NCBI GenBank assembly: GCA_963845185.1 | Contig: CAWJRG010000009.1 | Coordinates: 32,001-96,000, forward strand | DNA from: an uncultured bacterium | Lineage (GTDB): Bacteria > Oederibacteriota > PGYV01 > CAWJRG01 | Reading direction: 5' to 3' | DNA length: 64,000 nucleotides | Part shown: positions 63,280 through 64,000 of the stretch, piece by piece | Numbering within the stretch: the stretch's first letter is position 1 | Layout of the letters: every line of letters begins with the position of its first letter | Made by a program: the position numbers and the translations under genes | Notes under the pieces: generated by a model | What the model was told of the DNA's origin: nothing | Databases searched by the model: none | Seen by the model: only the letters and a program-made list of their open reading frames with translations

Positions 63280-63356
63280 AAAGAAGGCACCCCCAGGTAT
63301 AATGGTAACGTGGCGTGTGTTAGCACCCACAACATTAAAAACCTAGGAGGTGCCGT

Positions 63357-64000
63357 ATGTTGTATCTTGGTGTGGACGTGCACAAGAACGTGTCTTATGT
63401 TACAGCGGTGACAAAAGAAGGTCAAGTCAGATTTAGAGGAGCTCTTTCAAACAGGACAGAGGATTTTAAGAAAATGCTGGCTGAGATTGGAGAGGAATGC
63501 GAAGCGGTAATTGAGACAACGTACTGCTGGGGAGTAGTGTACGACCTTTGGAGGAACTCGGCGTAAAGACAAAATTGGCGCATGCGCAGAAGCTGAGAGC
63601 GATAGCGGAAAGCCAGATAAAAAACGATGTAAGGGATTCGGAGATATTGGCCCATTTGTTGAGAGCAAATTTAATACCGGAAGTATATGTGCCGTCGAAG
63701 GAAATAAGGCTTAAGAAGAACATATTAAGAGAGAGGCAATTCCTGGTGAGCACACGGACAGCTGTAAAAAATAGGGTGCACCAGTTATTGACAAGGAACC
63801 ATATAGATACAAGCGTACACAGCGATTTGTTTGGGAAAAAAGGCAGGGACACAATAGAAAGAGTCGAACTGGTAAAAAGCGAACGTGAATTGCTGAACCT
63901 CGAGATGCATTTGGTGGACGAACTTAATACAGGAATAAAGGCAACAGAAAAACTTGCAAAAGAAATGACAGGGAAAGATAGATATGTGGAAATAATAAAG
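63357..64000 (+). mobile_element. IS110-family transposase/recombinase (3' end outside window; -1 frameshift at 63547-63549)
   Basis: LGVDVHK, VIETT, then after restoring one T: YDLLEELG..AHAQKLRAIAESQIKNDVRDSEILAHLL (DEDD set); open to window end. Confidence 0.9.

Overview
AT-rich bacterial window with three parts. (1) 1-10.9 kb: housekeeping run (apt end, tyrS, NUDIX, PHP/EndoQ-like, LOG, HAD, two glycosyltransferases, AmmeMemoRadiSam radical SAM, Maf, convergent PpiD/SurA-like PPIase). (2) 11-40 kb: glycan synthesis, tailoring and transfer locus (carbamoyltransferase, WecE/WecD-like, GtrB/ArnC-like GT2, four large GT-C/PA14-like membrane glycosyltransferases, two membrane-anchored NHL propellers, GT2 paralogues, B12 radical SAM, epimerase, AsnB-type amidotransferase, methyltransferases), built partly by tandem duplication. 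(3) 40-64 kb: three very large modular proteins with long (Thr-x)n/TPT tracts, Cys-flanked domains and 7-repeat propeller-like blocks. The first two end in a FlgD-Ig/Por-CTD-like domain and are each followed by a DUF2723 (TMEM260-like) + TPR glycosyltransferase; the third carries a C25 (gingipain-type) peptidase and abuts an IS110-family transposase. The best candidate for an undescribed system is a dedicated protein O-glycosylation system acting on these mucin-like proteins. A ~100-bp two-hairpin element with compensatory changes occurs three times. Three -1 frameshifts look like single-base losses and may be sequencing errors. All family calls come from motif recognition by eye; no searches were run. 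The architecture is reminiscent of Ca. Goldbacteria-like genomes (inference only).
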